Below, one piece after another: positions 39,947 to 53,291 of a DNA stretch of 64,000 bases. The stretch is from positions 49,290,001 through 49,354,000 of the forward strand of contig CAIIXF020000001.1 of assembly GCA_903813345.2 (NCBI GenBank), written 5' to 3'. The notes under the pieces were generated by a model. That model saw only the letters and a list, made by a program, of their open reading frames with translations, made no database searches and was not told the DNA's origin. The position numbers were made by a program, and so were the translations under genes. Position 1 is the stretch's first letter, and each line of letters opens with the position of its first letter. The stretch comes from Owenia fusiformis. Taxonomy: Eukaryota.

Positions 39947-40657
39947 TTGATGGAAGTACAGAAAACACTTGCTCTGCTGCAGCAATCCCAGAATCCTTCA
40001 GTCACATTTGCAGACAGCAAGTCACAAATGGCCATTGACAACTGCGGCCCTTCTGAGCCACATGCTTTGGAATATAGCAAGAATATGCAGAACCGAAAAG
40101 TGAAGAAAAATCAAAAATCAAACATTTTAAGTACATTACCTGCAACTGCATGTAAGAAAAATGAAAGTCCGCCGATTCAGGAACAACAAGCCGATAGTTC
40201 AGACCAATGTGTGATATCAAGGCGAAAAAGATCTGAGGAAACTGTTGATACAAAGCATGCAGAATCGGATGATAGCTTTGAAGATATAACTAAAGAATCT
40301 GCTGATATTTTGGTGGATATTTCTGATTGTGAAGTCAATGATGAAAAAATTGAGTTTGAACAATCTGGTGAATCTCTGTCTGACAGTGGTAACAAAACTG
40401 ACCCATCTAACGAAGACAATACTAGTGATGCTCTGCCAAGTCTAACAATAAATACTCAAAGGATCCCTGAGGTGAATTCAGCTCATGGTGAAGGTAAAGT
40501 TAGCCCTACTAGGAAGACTCCAAGATCAATGCTTCCAACTGCTAAATCCATACCCACCCCCTCTCGAATCAAACCCCCAAAGGTACACTCTGGTATACCA
40601 AAGAGAGGTGTAGAAAATATTGTTGCGAAATCATCAAGCAATGTTAGCCTTGATTAA
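39947..40657 (+). CDS. CLCC1: CLCC1 last coding exon (low-complexity acidic/Ser-rich tail; spliced protein ~654 aa)
   Basis: Polypyrimidine tract + CAG acceptor in phase 0; 236-codon open frame to TAA. Confidence 0.8.
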   Translation: MMEVQKTLALLQQSQNPSVTFADSKSQMAIDNCGPSEPHALEYSKNMQNRKVKKNQKSNILSTLPATACKKNESPPIQEQQADSSDQCVISRRKRSEETVDTKHAESDDSFEDITKESADILVDISDCEVNDEKIEFEQSGESLSDSGNKTDPSNEDNTSDALPSLTINTQRIPEVNSAHGEGKVSPTRKTPRSMLPTAKSIPTPSRIKPPKVHSGIPKRGVENIVAKSSSNVSLD

Positions 40658-42717
40658 TACTATACATGTTAAATGTAGAGTGATAGACATTTAAAAGGTA
40701 ATTAATTGAGCAAATGAGGGATCAAAAGAATGATGCTATTTGTCTCAGGATTTTAATATACCATATGAAAGGGAAAGTATTGGGAAAAGGAGAATAACAT
40801 TACAGATGTCTGCTATTTCCATTGGTTAAAGTTTATTGAAATTAATAGTCCATTCATGAACAGGGGGCAATTTTTAGTCCAAAATTTTTACACGGGAAAA
40901 AGATTTTGCTGAGAAAGATAAATTTTCCCTGGATCACACTTTAAGTATCTTTCAACCTCATTAATGTACAATGAAACACAAAACTGAGTAATACTAATTA
41001 AAAATCGAGTGTGAATTTTTTAAACTAAAATATATATTTTTAAATGACAATTTCAAATGAATACTTTTTAAATACAGATTTATCATCTTTCAAATGATAT
41101 ATTGGAACCTCAGGACAAATTTCATCATTCAATTTAATTAAGGAACAGACTTTGAGGCTCTCATTTGCACAGCTATATGATTTTTAATTGCACAGACAAT
41201 ATAATGCTGTCTATGTTACATTTTGCTCAATTATTTATTCATGTAACTAATATAAATGTTAAGGGAACTATATATACAATGGAATGGTGCTGCACTTATA
41301 AATATAATATTGCTTGCTCAATTTTGTGTCAAATATCAAAGTTTATCAAAAGGATTTTTCATTATGTCTTAGTTATTCATTTAAGAATCATATTAATTTT
41401 TTTTTAAATGAAACATTTGAAAAGGATTGCTAGAAGGATGTGAATTAATAATAATCATTTGAGAAACATGATATGATGACTGATTAACAACTGCAGTGTG
41501 TTTAACTGTTTACTAATTTTGTTCTAATGTATATAAATGTGTGAGTAACTTCCAATTATATCATCGGAATTAATTTGCGTGTAGTTGAATGAGCCTTCAG
41601 ATTCAGATGCTGTAATTGATAAATTCCTTGTCAAGTTCCTTGTGGTTAGGTACAATATCGCTTTGCATATGGTGAATGATACTGTGTCAGTGCCTGTAGG
41701 ATATATGCATGTACATATTATATTATTTACATGGAGTTATCATAATACATTTAGGCGAGTTAAAACATATATTCTCTGACTGCTGAGTGATGTCACAATC
41801 TTGGGATTAAATCAATCACTCAGCCAGATGGATCCAAATGTTGCATTCCATTGTGTTTTCAACATTTTTTAATCTTTGTTCGATAAGATTCATCCCCAAG
41901 AAATGTAGTCAAAATAGAAGTAATAAATACTGTAGTGAATCCTTAATATCCAAATCTCATTTAGACCCTGTATTAGCCAATGTCATGTTTTTGGATCAGA
42001 ATCTCCTTGTCAAGTTTGAACTTTTTTCATCTTCAAAAATGGAAATTGATTTTATGATATGCATTCATTAGTGAATTCTTGTAAATCAAGTTTTTGATGT
42101 CAATTTCATGGCAGAAATATTGCTAATTTTCAATAACTGTTCAATTTTTTTGCTATTATTGCTGGCTGCAATGTGAGATACTAGTAATCAAAATCTTGCC
42201 AATCATGTAATGATCAAAATCCACCTTTAGTTCCCCTGCTTCAGGGGTCAGTATTTATTGGAAAGTCTATTTCATATTAATGTTGGTCAATGAGAATTGA
42301 GGCCACATTATTTCCCCCCACTCACTATATATCATCCATATGTGTTTCTTAATGGTTTGTAATAGCTTAACTCATATATGTACATAACTACCAGAGACAA
42401 TAGAAAAAATATGTTCAATTAACTTTTTTTTATTTTATTTTTGTTAACAATATCTTTGATCATAATTTCCTTTTGATACATCAATGTATACATGTATATT
42501 GTTTCATGTTAAAAAAATAAAAATATTATTTGTTACAAAACAATTATCAATGTTTAAATCTGTTTGTTGGTTTGAATAAATACATTCAGCATAATGCACA
42601 ATCTCACAAAATACCTCAGGATGAGTTAATCCATGCCTTTAATTTGACCATGTTTTCCTGGGGTTTTGCACTTAACTGTACTGTTTCGCAGGGCACATAT
42701 TGATGCCATCAACACAA

Positions 42718-43263
42718 CTTTAACAGCAACGCCAAAGCGTAGCAAATCCCATCGAACAGCCATAGCTGGCATTTTTACAAAGTATATAGCAAAAATGGCA
42801 GCCATTTTTTGAAAAGGCCAATATCTACCAAAAGTGTCATTAGGCAGTGTGCCATGCATATAGTATTCACATACCAAATATGAACAAAATTGCTCCACTA
42901 CCCACTGCTACTTTTCGAGTTACAGCAAAATTTGTAAAATAGCGAGTAAAGGACGCCATTTTTCAAGATAGATGCCACATGCTTCTTTAATATCTACATT
43001 TCTAGCTTTATTGATATCCTATATAATTTTTTGCATTTAAAACATATTGCTATTACAGTTTTACATATTGTACCAAATTACTGTAAAATCGGCACTAAAA
43101 TGGCCGCAATTTTTAAATGAGTGGCCATTTTGAAAATTGGCTTTCCCCCATAGGGTATATGTGCACAAAATATGAACATAATCGGGCCAACGGTATTTGA
43201 GATATTGCTGGGACGGACGGAGGCGTTCCCTATATCCCTCCGAACTTCGTTCGATGGGATAAT
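42718..43263 (-). mobile_element. Helentron/DINE-1-like (HINE) element, one core unit
   Basis: Subterminal inverted ATCCCATCGAAC/GTTCGATGGGAT and (GGAC)n; closely similar to 48573-49465. Confidence 0.7.
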
Positions 43264-45628
43264 AACAAAATTGTGTAAAGTAATTAAAGTAATGTAAACA
43301 TGACACTACTACAATAATCATTCACAGTGTAAAGTGAGTCAAATGACCCTGCAAAAGCTGCAAATGAATTTTAAGGACTTAAATCGCTTTGAGCAATTCT
43401 TTACCATTGTTCATAGCATAGGAAGAATTATGCAAAAGATGACTTGGTGAACATCGATGACTGTGTAATGCACCTAGGAGAGGCATACACGCTCATCAGG
43501 TAGACCAGGTGATATTTTCAGCATTTATATAGGAAGATAATGATCTGTTATATAATTTTGACTTATGTTTTGAAGTGAAAATTGACTAATTTGAGATAGA
43601 CCACTGGTCCTCATCTGGTTATAAAGACATTACATCTTTAAAACGAAATGGATGAACTTTTACTCAGGGAAATTTTCATTTTCATCATTTTCACCAAGAA
43701 GGAAGTCAATTTGTATCCAAATATTTTACCTGTATGTTGATAGTAACATCCAGTTACTGAAAAGCGAATCAGTCATGACTATATACATCCAAGGGCTCAA
43801 ATAATCGAGTGAGAAACCCCTCACTTTATCAAACTTGCTTTATTTAATAGGCGATTACACAATGTAACCAAGATGATATGAATTTCATCAGGTAATTCCC
43901 TGATTGCTATAGTGAGGAATTCTCACTCGATTATAAAATCCCATTTGGATCTGCTGGATATATTTGCTCGTGACTAACTAGCTTTTCAGAACTTTTTCAG
44001 AAATCGTTGGCAGTTGCATAGTCACGTCTTAAGCTATCAATCTGGTTTACATGATTAATATAATAATTTTCTAAATATCTAAATCAACAATTCATAAAAT
44101 TATCTACAACTGTTAAAGAATCTATATAATATTTGCACATATTTAACAATTTGCAAGGATTTCCTGCCCCAAGGTACTTGTTTTACTTTCATACTGTGAC
44201 TGTCTCCTTATCATGATTGATTTGGCAACATGTCTTAGTGACTAATTACTAATTAGACAAAATGTTGCCGTAGCAACATCCATAATGTAACATCAATGTA
44301 TATTTTATTGACTAAGTAGCAGAGATGATTGTTCAGTTTTGATAATCTTAAAATATTTCTTTGACAATAGAAAAAGAATTACTTTCCAGTGATCAAAAAC
44401 TAATATCTTGTAAAAGTAAAAAGTTGTTAAAGGATCTCATTTGACCCTAATTTTACATTTTATATCTTGCATGTATATAAAAAAACATGGGCAACATATC
44501 AAAAACACCCAATCACAGTCATGTATTGATTTAGTTGAAACAATACAGGACATGTACAATTGCCTTTTTCAAATTACCCTGATACATTTAATTTCATTTG
44601 TACTATACTCCCACCTGCATATACTTGGAGTTTCACTTCAATTTTTTTTATGAAAATCTGAAATTCAAATATTCATTGAACAGTAGACTAGTTGTGATTT
44701 AGACAGTCCTTTACCCTCAAAACCTCAGAGCCCCCTATTGGATAACAGTAAAACTCACTGTTTGTTAACACACAAAAGACAAGTTGGTTTGAAAAAAGAA
44801 AAGTGTTTACATTTACAAGTTTTACACAACCTACTGATAATGATTTTATTTTGAATCAAGATTATTGCAAGGGATTAACCGAATTGAGTATCTTCAATAC
44901 AGGGCTCCAGACTTACAATTACAAATGCTGTGTCTTAGAGCCTGGCATTTAGAGGACACAAGAATCACTGAGCCCTATATAGTTACTAAAATACCAGTAG
45001 GTAGGTTGTTCCGGAACAACACTGTGAATCTGGCAGTGTTCTTTTAAAAAGAGACAAGATCCAGTTTCAAACATGTGACAACTTAAACATACAACTGTTT
45101 TTCTCAGTTTTACTTAACTAAATAATCCAAAATACATTACTTTAAGACAAGTACTACATACAAACTGAAAGGCAACTACTAATACCTGTTGAATTTTGAA
45201 TTCAAATGTACAAAACATATTATGCCTATAATACAATACAGAAGAATTTAAAAAAAAGATATACACCTGACCATTTGGAATGGAACAAACATTTTTAATG
45301 CTGAGATACTCAAAACAATAAAAACACAAATGCATCTTCAAAGCATAACCTGGAAGTGGTGGCATAAATACCTATGGAGTTGACACAGGCACATAGCTTT
45401 GTAATGTGAAGATATATTGTGTAGATATATCGAAACAGAAGTGAATTGTGCATTCAGACAATCTTGTTTTATGAAGAGTTTACTGATTTCTAAATGTAAT
45501 CTGATTGGTTTACAGACAGTCTCTTCCTATTCTGCAGCAATCAAATAAAGATTTGTAAACCATGTATGAGGTTATGAGTTTATATGAAGGTAAAACCTCA
45601 AATGAAAGGAAGAGGCTTCAAAATGTAG

Positions 45629-45824
45629 CAATGTTCTCCACAGGTTTTTTTCTCAAGTGGGTGCAAAATTTTCATTTTCACAATAAAGACCAAAATTGGT
45701 CCAAATATGTCTATTTTCTCATTTTGAGTGGGTACAAATCGATTTTCAGGTGGGTTCAAGCCTGTTTTCAAAATCTCAGGCTTGTGTTTTGCGCCCGCTT
45801 GTTTTAATGCTGGAGAGATAACTG
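45629..45824. mobile_element. Second hAT5-like short MITE
   Basis: CAATGTTCTCC...GGAGAGATAACTG, related to 27900-28115; flanks TGTAG/TGAAG. Confidence 0.55.
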
Positions 45825-46084
45825 TGAAGTGTCATGGAAAGAGCATGATGATTCAATATTCAAATTATCTTTTGTTACTTTTATAGTATATCTTCAGATC
45901 ATTTACATGTATAGTACTGAAATGATTTCTAAATTATCCGATCAGCCAATGGATGTTCTTTTTTGATGGATATCATCATTTTGATCCTTATCGCTATTTA
46001 ACCATACAATTACAGCACTTTCTTCTTCATCACCATTAATCACACATATTCATCATCATCATTGAACATCCTTTTCCATCTTCA

Positions 46085-46195
46085 TTCTTTGAACATCCTT
46101 ATTCATCACTGATCATCCTTTGTCATCATTAATCATCCTTATTCATCATCACTGATCATCCTTATTCATCATCACTGATCATCCTTATTCATCAC
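46085..46195. repeat. ~26-bp tandem repeat overlapping the UROD stop codon
   Basis: ATCACTGATCATCCTTATTCATCATC units. Confidence 0.75.
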
Positions 46196-46352
46196 CATTA
46201 ATCATTTCCATAGACTCACTGTGCACGGCATCTACAAATGCTTTAAGATGTTCACGATCAAAGTCTGGGTACATACCATGACCTAGATTAGCAATATATC
46301 GTTGAGTGCCAAATTTCTTCAACATTTCCTTGGTTAACTTCTTGATTTCCTC
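46185..46352 (-). CDS. UROD: Uroporphyrinogen decarboxylase, last exon
   Basis: [12 protein letters not shown]...AFVDAVH; TTGCAG acceptor; TAA stop. Confidence 0.95.
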   Translation of the reverse strand, partial: EEIKKLTKEMLKKFGTQRYIANLGHGMYPDFDREHLKAFVDAVHSESMEMINGDE

Positions 46353-46683
46353 CTGCAAAGTAAAACATCCAAACATAAAACTTGAGCAAAAACATCAATT
46401 TTTCAAACTATGTTGAGCCATCTCTACAACTTGAAACATTATACCATATTATTGTGAACATATCATTTATAACATTAATAGCTATTTAAATAGGAAAAAA
46501 TCTTACTTTGGGTAAATCTTACCCAATTGTAAGGAATAGGATAAATCATCAGAAAAAAACCATACTACTATTTTCTCCCACCCAAAACAATGCACATGCT
46601 GTATAAAAACAAATCCTATCGTAAATACTTGCACTTGCTAATATATTGGAAATAAAATTGTTATCCTGGCCTGAGGTACATAC

Positions 46684-46851
46684 CGGTGTTGAATACAGAG
46701 CACATGGGTCTAGATTGCCTTGAAGTGTAATATTGGGGCCAACTTGTCGTCTTGCATTCTGAGGCTTAATGGTCCAATCTAGTTGGACGACCTCATAGTT
46801 ACTCTGAGCTAGTTCCTCTAGTGCATAATGGGAATCCTTAGAGAATATGAT
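46684..46851 (-). CDS. UROD: UROD exon
   Basis: [14 protein letters not shown]...YEVVQLDWT...[13 protein letters not shown]; 168 nt, canonical sites. Confidence 0.95.
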
Positions 46852-47055
46852 CTGGAAAAAAGAAGTGGTTGTCTAATAGATGAAGTAGCATCCAAATCGA
46901 TGACATTCTCTCCAATATGTTTATGTATGTGTAATGGAGGAACTTACCATAGAACTGGCTTCAGATTCTTTGAGACTCAACTCTATCTAAAGGATATTAT
47001 AATGTTTATGACATAGGAAATGTATTGTTATACTCTGTGCATTTGAGGAACTTAC

Positions 47056-47193
47056 CATGGGGACTGGCTTCAGATTCTTTGAGACCAAAGTCTCCTTGAC
47101 TCTGGAAGATATCTGCCTGATGTATGGAAGTGCAAACTTGGAAAACATTCCCATTCCAAGGATTCCACCGTGGGACTCAAACAGCTGCAACAG
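47056..47193 (-). CDS. UROD: UROD exon
   Basis: LLQLFESHGG...FALPYI...VPM; 138 nt. Confidence 0.95.
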
Positions 47194-47564
47194 CTGTAAT
47201 TATAAGACAATAGAATGTTGATTGTGAAAGAAATGTGTAATCTGAATAGCTCTGAATGTGTGAAAATCACATGCAAGGTGAGAAGTTCTGGATCTCTGTG
47301 AATAGTCATAATGATGGAGCAGAAGAAATGTACTTGAATGTACTTGTAAAGTACCATTTTTAATGTTAATTTCTCACACTGAATTGGAAATAAGGCTGAA
47401 AAATGATATGGGTGCCATTTATAGTATGGTAGAAATTTGTAATAATTTAGGCCCATTTGGAAGGTTACCTTGTATATGTAAATAGTCCAGGTTTATATGG
47501 ATGTCTATTGTGCAATGAAAATATCAAGTGAAAGTGAAACATATTGAATAGCCCTCATATCTAC

Positions 47565-47726
47565 CTGAGCCCCTGCTTTTACTTGTCCAACCAGATACTC
47601 AACAATTACATCAGTTAGAATCTGCAACAATTGGTGGCTAGCCTCGGGGTAGGCATACAGCCACTTTTTGGCCTTTGATTGGGTTGTTGAGCCTCCACCC
47701 TCAATCATGTAAGACATCAGGGTCCA
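47565..47726 (-). CDS. UROD: UROD exon
   Basis: [13 protein letters not shown]...[11 protein letters not shown]; 162 nt. Confidence 0.95.
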
Positions 47727-47979
47727 CTACAATAAAATATTCAAATTATTAATGTCTTATATTACTACCCTTGATCATTTAAATCATCAGGGTCCATTAC
47801 AACAACAGCTATTCAAATCTTTAATCCAAATCCGGATTTTCTAAACATCTCCCAGTCTGCATTCTATGTTTGTTTAAGGAATAATGCTAGGAAATTTTAT
47901 TAAAAGCCGATAAATCTGCATTTGAGCGCTAATCACTATCAAAACAGTAAAAAACATCTTATGTTTACTTGAAACTTAC

Positions 47980-48141
47980 CGGAGCACCGCTGAAGCCTAT
48001 AAGAGGAACCTTGCCATCAAGTGTATGTCTGGTGAGAGTGATTGCCTCATACACATATCCAAGCTCCTCGTGGACATTAACATCAACTTTAAGCTTCTTA
48101 AGGTCATCAGGTTCTACCAGAGGTTCATCAAACGTAGGCCC
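47980..48141 (-). CDS. UROD: UROD exon
   Basis: GPTFDEPL...[10 protein letters not shown]; 162 nt. Confidence 0.95.
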
Positions 48142-48572
48142 CTGGAATAGATTTTTGTTTCGAGATTTATCAACTTTGTTACTGAACACAGATCAGTAAT
48201 TTTTCAAGCATTCAAAGCAAGTGGGTGGCACAGGTACAGATTATTAAGATCTTGAAGATGGGTTTGCACCCCTCTGAAAACCCATTTGCATACCAAAATA
48301 AAAAATTTTGAAAAACAAGATATTTTGACTCCTATACCTTTGACAGAAATTATGAAAAGAATTCGGCATCAACTTATGTGAAAACATCCCATGGAGAACA
48401 CTAAGAATTTGATACAAATGATACTTTTTCATGATAATAAATGTATTATTCTAATATTGACCAATTATCAATTTATAAAACAAGATGGCTGACATATTCT
48501 TAATGCAAAATAGATTGGTCTGATCTGATTACTGTATTTCCATAATTCAATGTCGCATGGGATCCCTATTAT

Positions 48573-49465
48573 AACCAGAACAACGGCAACGCCAAAGCGT
48601 AGCGAATCCCATCGAACAGCCATGGCTGGCATATTTACAAACAAAGTATATAGCACAAATGGCAGCCATTTTTCAAAATGGCCACCTTCTACCATAGACA
48701 GTGTCATTAGACAGTGTGATATGCTTATAGTATTCACATACCAAATATGAACAAAATCACTTCACTACTTTTCGAGTTATAGTAAAAAACGTTAAAATGG
48801 CGGCCATTTTTCAAAATGGCCGCCTTCTACCAAAAGTGTAACTAGACAGTGTGCTATGCTTATAGAATTCACATACCAAATATGAACAAAATCGCTCCAC
48901 TACTTTTCGAATTATAGTAAAATACGTTAAAATGGAGGCCATTTTTCAAAATGGCGGCCATTTTTCAAAACGGCCGCCTTCTACCAAAAGTATTATTAGA
49001 CAGTGTGCCATGCTTATAGTATTCACATACCAAATATGAACAAAATCGCTCCACTACTTTTCGAGTAACAGCAAAAATCGTAAAATAACGAGTAAAGGCC
49101 GCCATTTTTCAAGATGGCTGCCATGCGCTTCTTTAATATCTACATTTCTAGCTTTATTAATGTCCTATGTAATTTTTTTACATTTAAAACATATTCCTAT
49201 AACAGTTTTACATATTGCACCTAAATTACTGTAAAATCGGCACTAAAATGGCTGCCATTTTTAAATGAGCGGCCATTTTGAAAATCAGCTTTCGAGCAGA
49301 ACTTCTTCCCCCATAGGGTATATGTGTACAAAATATGAACAAAATCGGGCTAACGGTATTTGAGTTATTGCCCAGACGGACGGACAGACGGACGGACGTA
49401 CGGACGTACAGACGGACGGACGGAGGCGTTCCCTATATCCCTCCGAACTTCGTTCGATGGGATAA
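48573..49465 (-). mobile_element. Helentron/DINE-1-like (HINE) element in a UROD intron, three ~140-bp core units
   Basis: Subterminal inverted repeats, (GACG/GACA)n tract, tandem GCCATTTTTCAAAATGGC...CCAAATATGAACAAAATC units. Confidence 0.75.
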
Positions 49466-49704
49466 ACATACTATGAGTTGGCTGGTGGGCAATCCTTTAA
49501 AACACATTAAGAAAAAGTTTGCAAATTAAGTTGGTTTATTTACATGTGGTTGACTTAAATATCACTGTCAAGCTCATACAATAATAAATGTTGTCCTTCA
49601 AGGGATCACTTTACCATATGCCAAACTCATCTTAACTCAACTTTCCAGAGAAAGAGGCACATGATACAGACCACATAAAAATGATTATCCTTTTAATCCC
49701 ATAC

Positions 49705-49803
49705 CTTTCCTGGTACCATCTGCACTCCCATTCCGAGGGCCTGAGGTACAACAAGAATGTCAGAGAATATAATAGATGCATCCAGATCGAAGGCACGGAT
49801 TGG
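49705..49803 (-). CDS. UROD: UROD exon
   Basis: [25 protein letters not shown]...PGK; 99 nt. Confidence 0.95.
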
Positions 49804-49972
49804 CTAAAAGAAAAAAGAAAAAGTAATTTTCATCAATGGTGAAGAAAGAACAGTGAAAACATTATGGATTTCGTGGAAATATACTCCTTTTCCAAGCGAA
49901 AACAAAACCTATTTCTTAACTTTTTTAACTTATTCCGAAAAAGTTCTTAGAAAAACTGAATTCGTAACACAC

Positions 49973-50052
49973 CTGCATTGTGACCTCACAGGCTAACTCT
50001 GGAGTTCGACAAACATCAAAGAATTCATGCTTAGCACGAACTTCTTGAAATT
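49973..50052 (-). CDS. UROD: UROD exon
   Basis: (E)FQEVRAKHEFFDVCRTPELACEVTMQ; 80 nt. Confidence 0.95.
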
Positions 50053-50676
50053 CTGTGAAATAAAAATCAATATAATTATTACTTTTACACTATCATCTGC
50101 TGTTAAATAAAGTAATATCTTGAGTTCTGTTAAAACATGGTATTGTTTACCAAGCACAAATGTTGCAAATTATATTTATAAAAAAAAATGTTATTGATAT
50201 TTACACAGCATGCACTTATTTTCAATAACTGAATCACAAAAGAACTATTCAGATTAGTCTACATAAAACAATTTTTTCTTGTAATGCTCGAAGATGATCT
50301 TCGCTGAAGAATGTAGTAAATAATCACTTTTTAAGCACTAAAACCATTTTCTTAACTTTTGAGATGCTTCGATTTTTATTTATGAATTTTAAAAAGGCAC
50401 TCTTGATGTTCTTTTCTCTAAATGTGATGCATCCTCATCAAACAATTGAATAATTTTGCTATATGGGTAAAAATCTTTTGTACCTTTTTTCGGCTTTTAT
50501 AGCCCATTTATTTCATTTACATTATACACAATATACATAATATTATATTAAAGTAGAAAAACTTGTGCTGGAAAAAAAGAAAATAAAGGTAGATGTCACA
50601 TTGGTAAGGAGGCTTTTTCATTTTTAACATAGTTTATAAGTTGGGGATGCAAGGGGACTCATGTCATCTTTTGTAC

Positions 50677-50782
50677 CTTTCATGTATCTGCCAGCCTGTC
50701 TCATGGCCCATACAGGGACCTTTTCAACATGTTCTCCCTTTGCAGCACGGAGAATCAAATCATTCTTTAGTGGGGGGAAAGC
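50677..50782 (-). CDS. UROD: UROD exon (first recognisable; start codon lies in an upstream exon)
   Basis: [14 protein letters not shown]...[11 protein letters not shown] signature; TTCCAG acceptor, phase 0. Confidence 0.95.
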
Positions 50783-50871
50783 CTGGAAAAAATATATAAG
50801 TTTGATCTTTCTCACAACAAACATCCACATTCTGGCTATTAACTCTTTCCAGTTCTTCCTCTACATTTAGA

Positions 50872-51235
50872 TTATTTATTTATTTAGGGTGAAAATATGA
50901 AACATTAATAACAGTTTTACCTAGCCCACCTTGGGCTTATTAACCACTGTTACAATATATGATACAAATACAAAATAATAATACATGGAAATTAAATCAC
51001 ATGTTATAAATGAATTGCCTTCTCCCAACGAAAGCCATTTTAATTTTAACAATCTTACAGGTATGTTCAAGAAAAAGAAATTCAATTTTGCTACCTTCAT
51101 TATCCAAATCTGATCTTAGATCATTATTATATTTATTGCGATGGAATAGAAAATGTACTTCTGTTTCAACTGAATCAAAATTATACAGTGTACGAATCTT
51201 TCTTCCACCCATTCTCCCTTGAATAATAATAATTT
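50872..51235 (-). mobile_element. Decayed LINE 3' end
   Basis: VETEVHFLF...Y..LR relic similar to the C-terminus of the LINE at 23169; (TAAA)n tail. Confidence 0.55.
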
Positions 51236-51747
51236 TTCAATGTTTTTTCCTCTCAGATTGGCCAGTTTCCATGGTTTATGCCCAAAGCCAAAATTGGTCG
51301 TGCTGCACATACCTACCCAATTCATACAGAGTGAACCCCCCAGGGGTAACCGTCTCATTCGTACCACATTTCTACTTATAAATATATGATAGGTCTGACT
51401 TCTACTACCACAACTTTAGTAAAATGTCCCTCGAAATCCAGCAAATTTTGGTGAATGTCAAGCGAATTCGCAAATTTGGTATAAAAATATGTCCCGCAAG
51501 AAAATCTTCGGGAGTTGACAGCACTGAATATGTAATTGAATTGGAAATGACAAGAACTACATCTAAAATAACACATGCACTTTAGGACCCACAAAAACTG
51601 AACCAGATGCAGATTATTAGTAACATGTAAATGGTTATTTTCATATACAATCAAATGCAGGTTTCTTTCTGGTACAACCGTGGCAATATTAGCGAAACCT
51701 GCAGGAATCTGGCGCAACCGTGGCATGTTATATTTTTACATAAATAA

Positions 51748-53291
51748 CATTGTCCCGGTTGTACCAGACATCGTTACACTGTTATACATTGTCACGGTTG
51801 TACCAGACATTGTTACACTGTTATACATTGTCCCGGTTGTACCAGACATTGTTACACTGTTATACATTGTCCCGGTTGTACCAGACATTGTTACACTGTT
51901 ATACATTGTCACGGTTGTACCAGACATTGTTACACTGTTATACATTGTCCCGGTTGTACCAGACATTGTTACACTGTTATACATTGTCCCGGTTGTACCA
52001 GACATTGTTACACTGTTATACATTGTCACGGTTGTACCAGACATTGTTACACTGTTATACATTGTCCCGGTTGTACCAGACATTGTTACACTGTTATACA
52101 TTGTCCCGGTTGTACCAGACATTGTTACACTGTTATACATTGTCACGGTTGTACCAGACATTGTTACACTGTTATACATTGTCCCGGTTGTACCAGACAT
52201 TGTTACACTGTTATATATTGTCCTGGTTCTACCAGACATTGTTACACTGTTATACATTGTCACGGTTGTACCAGACATTGTTACACTGTTATACATTGTC
52301 CCGGTTGTACCAGACATTGTTACACTGTTATACATTGTCCCGATTGTACCAGACATTGTTACACTGTTATACATTGTCACGATTGTACCAGACATTGTTA
52401 CACTGTTATACATTGTCACGGTTGTACCAGACATTGTTACACTGTTATACATTGTCCCGGTTGTACCAGACATTGTTACACTGTTATACATTGTCACGGT
52501 TGTACCAGACATTGTTACACTGTTATACATTGTCCCGGTTGTACCAGACATTGTTACACTGTTATACATTGTCCCGGTTGTACCAGACATTGTTACACTG
52601 TTATACATTGTCCCGGTTGTACCAGACATTATTACACTGTTATACATTGTCAAGGTTGTACCAGACATTGTTACACTGTTATACATTGTCCCGGTTGTAC
52701 CAGACATTGTTACACTGTTATACATTGTCCCGGTTGTACCAGACATTGTTACACTGTTATACATTGTCACGGTTGTACCAGACATTGTTACACTGTTATA
52801 CATTGTCCCGGTTGTACCAGACATTGTTACACTGTTATACATTGTCCCGGTTGTACCAGACATTGTTACACTGTTATACATTGTCCCGGTTGTACCAGAC
52901 ATTGTTACACTGTTATACATTGTCACGGTTGTACCAGACATTGTTACACTGTTATACATTGTCCCGGTTCTACCAGACATTGTTACACTGTTATACATTG
53001 TCCCGGTTGTACCAGACATTGTTACACTGTTATACATTGTCCCGGTTGTACCAGACATTGTTACACTGTTATACATTGTCCCGGTTGTACCAGACATTGT
53101 TACACTGTTATACATTGTCCCGGTTGTACCAGACATTGTTACACTGTTATACATTGTCACGGTTGTACCAGACATTGTTACATTGTTATATATTGTCGCG
53201 GTTCTACCAGACATTGTTACATTGTTATATATTGTCCCGGTTGTACCAGCCATTGTTATATTGTTATATATTGTCCCGGTTCTACCAGACA
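51748..53291 (+). repeat. 39-bp satellite array, ~40 copies (CATTGTC(C/A)CGGTTGTACCAGACATTGTTACACTGTTATA)
   Basis: Directly visible; 13-residue periodicity in the ORF track. Confidence 0.98.

Noticed and set aside
51748..53291. CRISPR-like array
   Set aside because: No unique spacers, no cas genes, eukaryotic context
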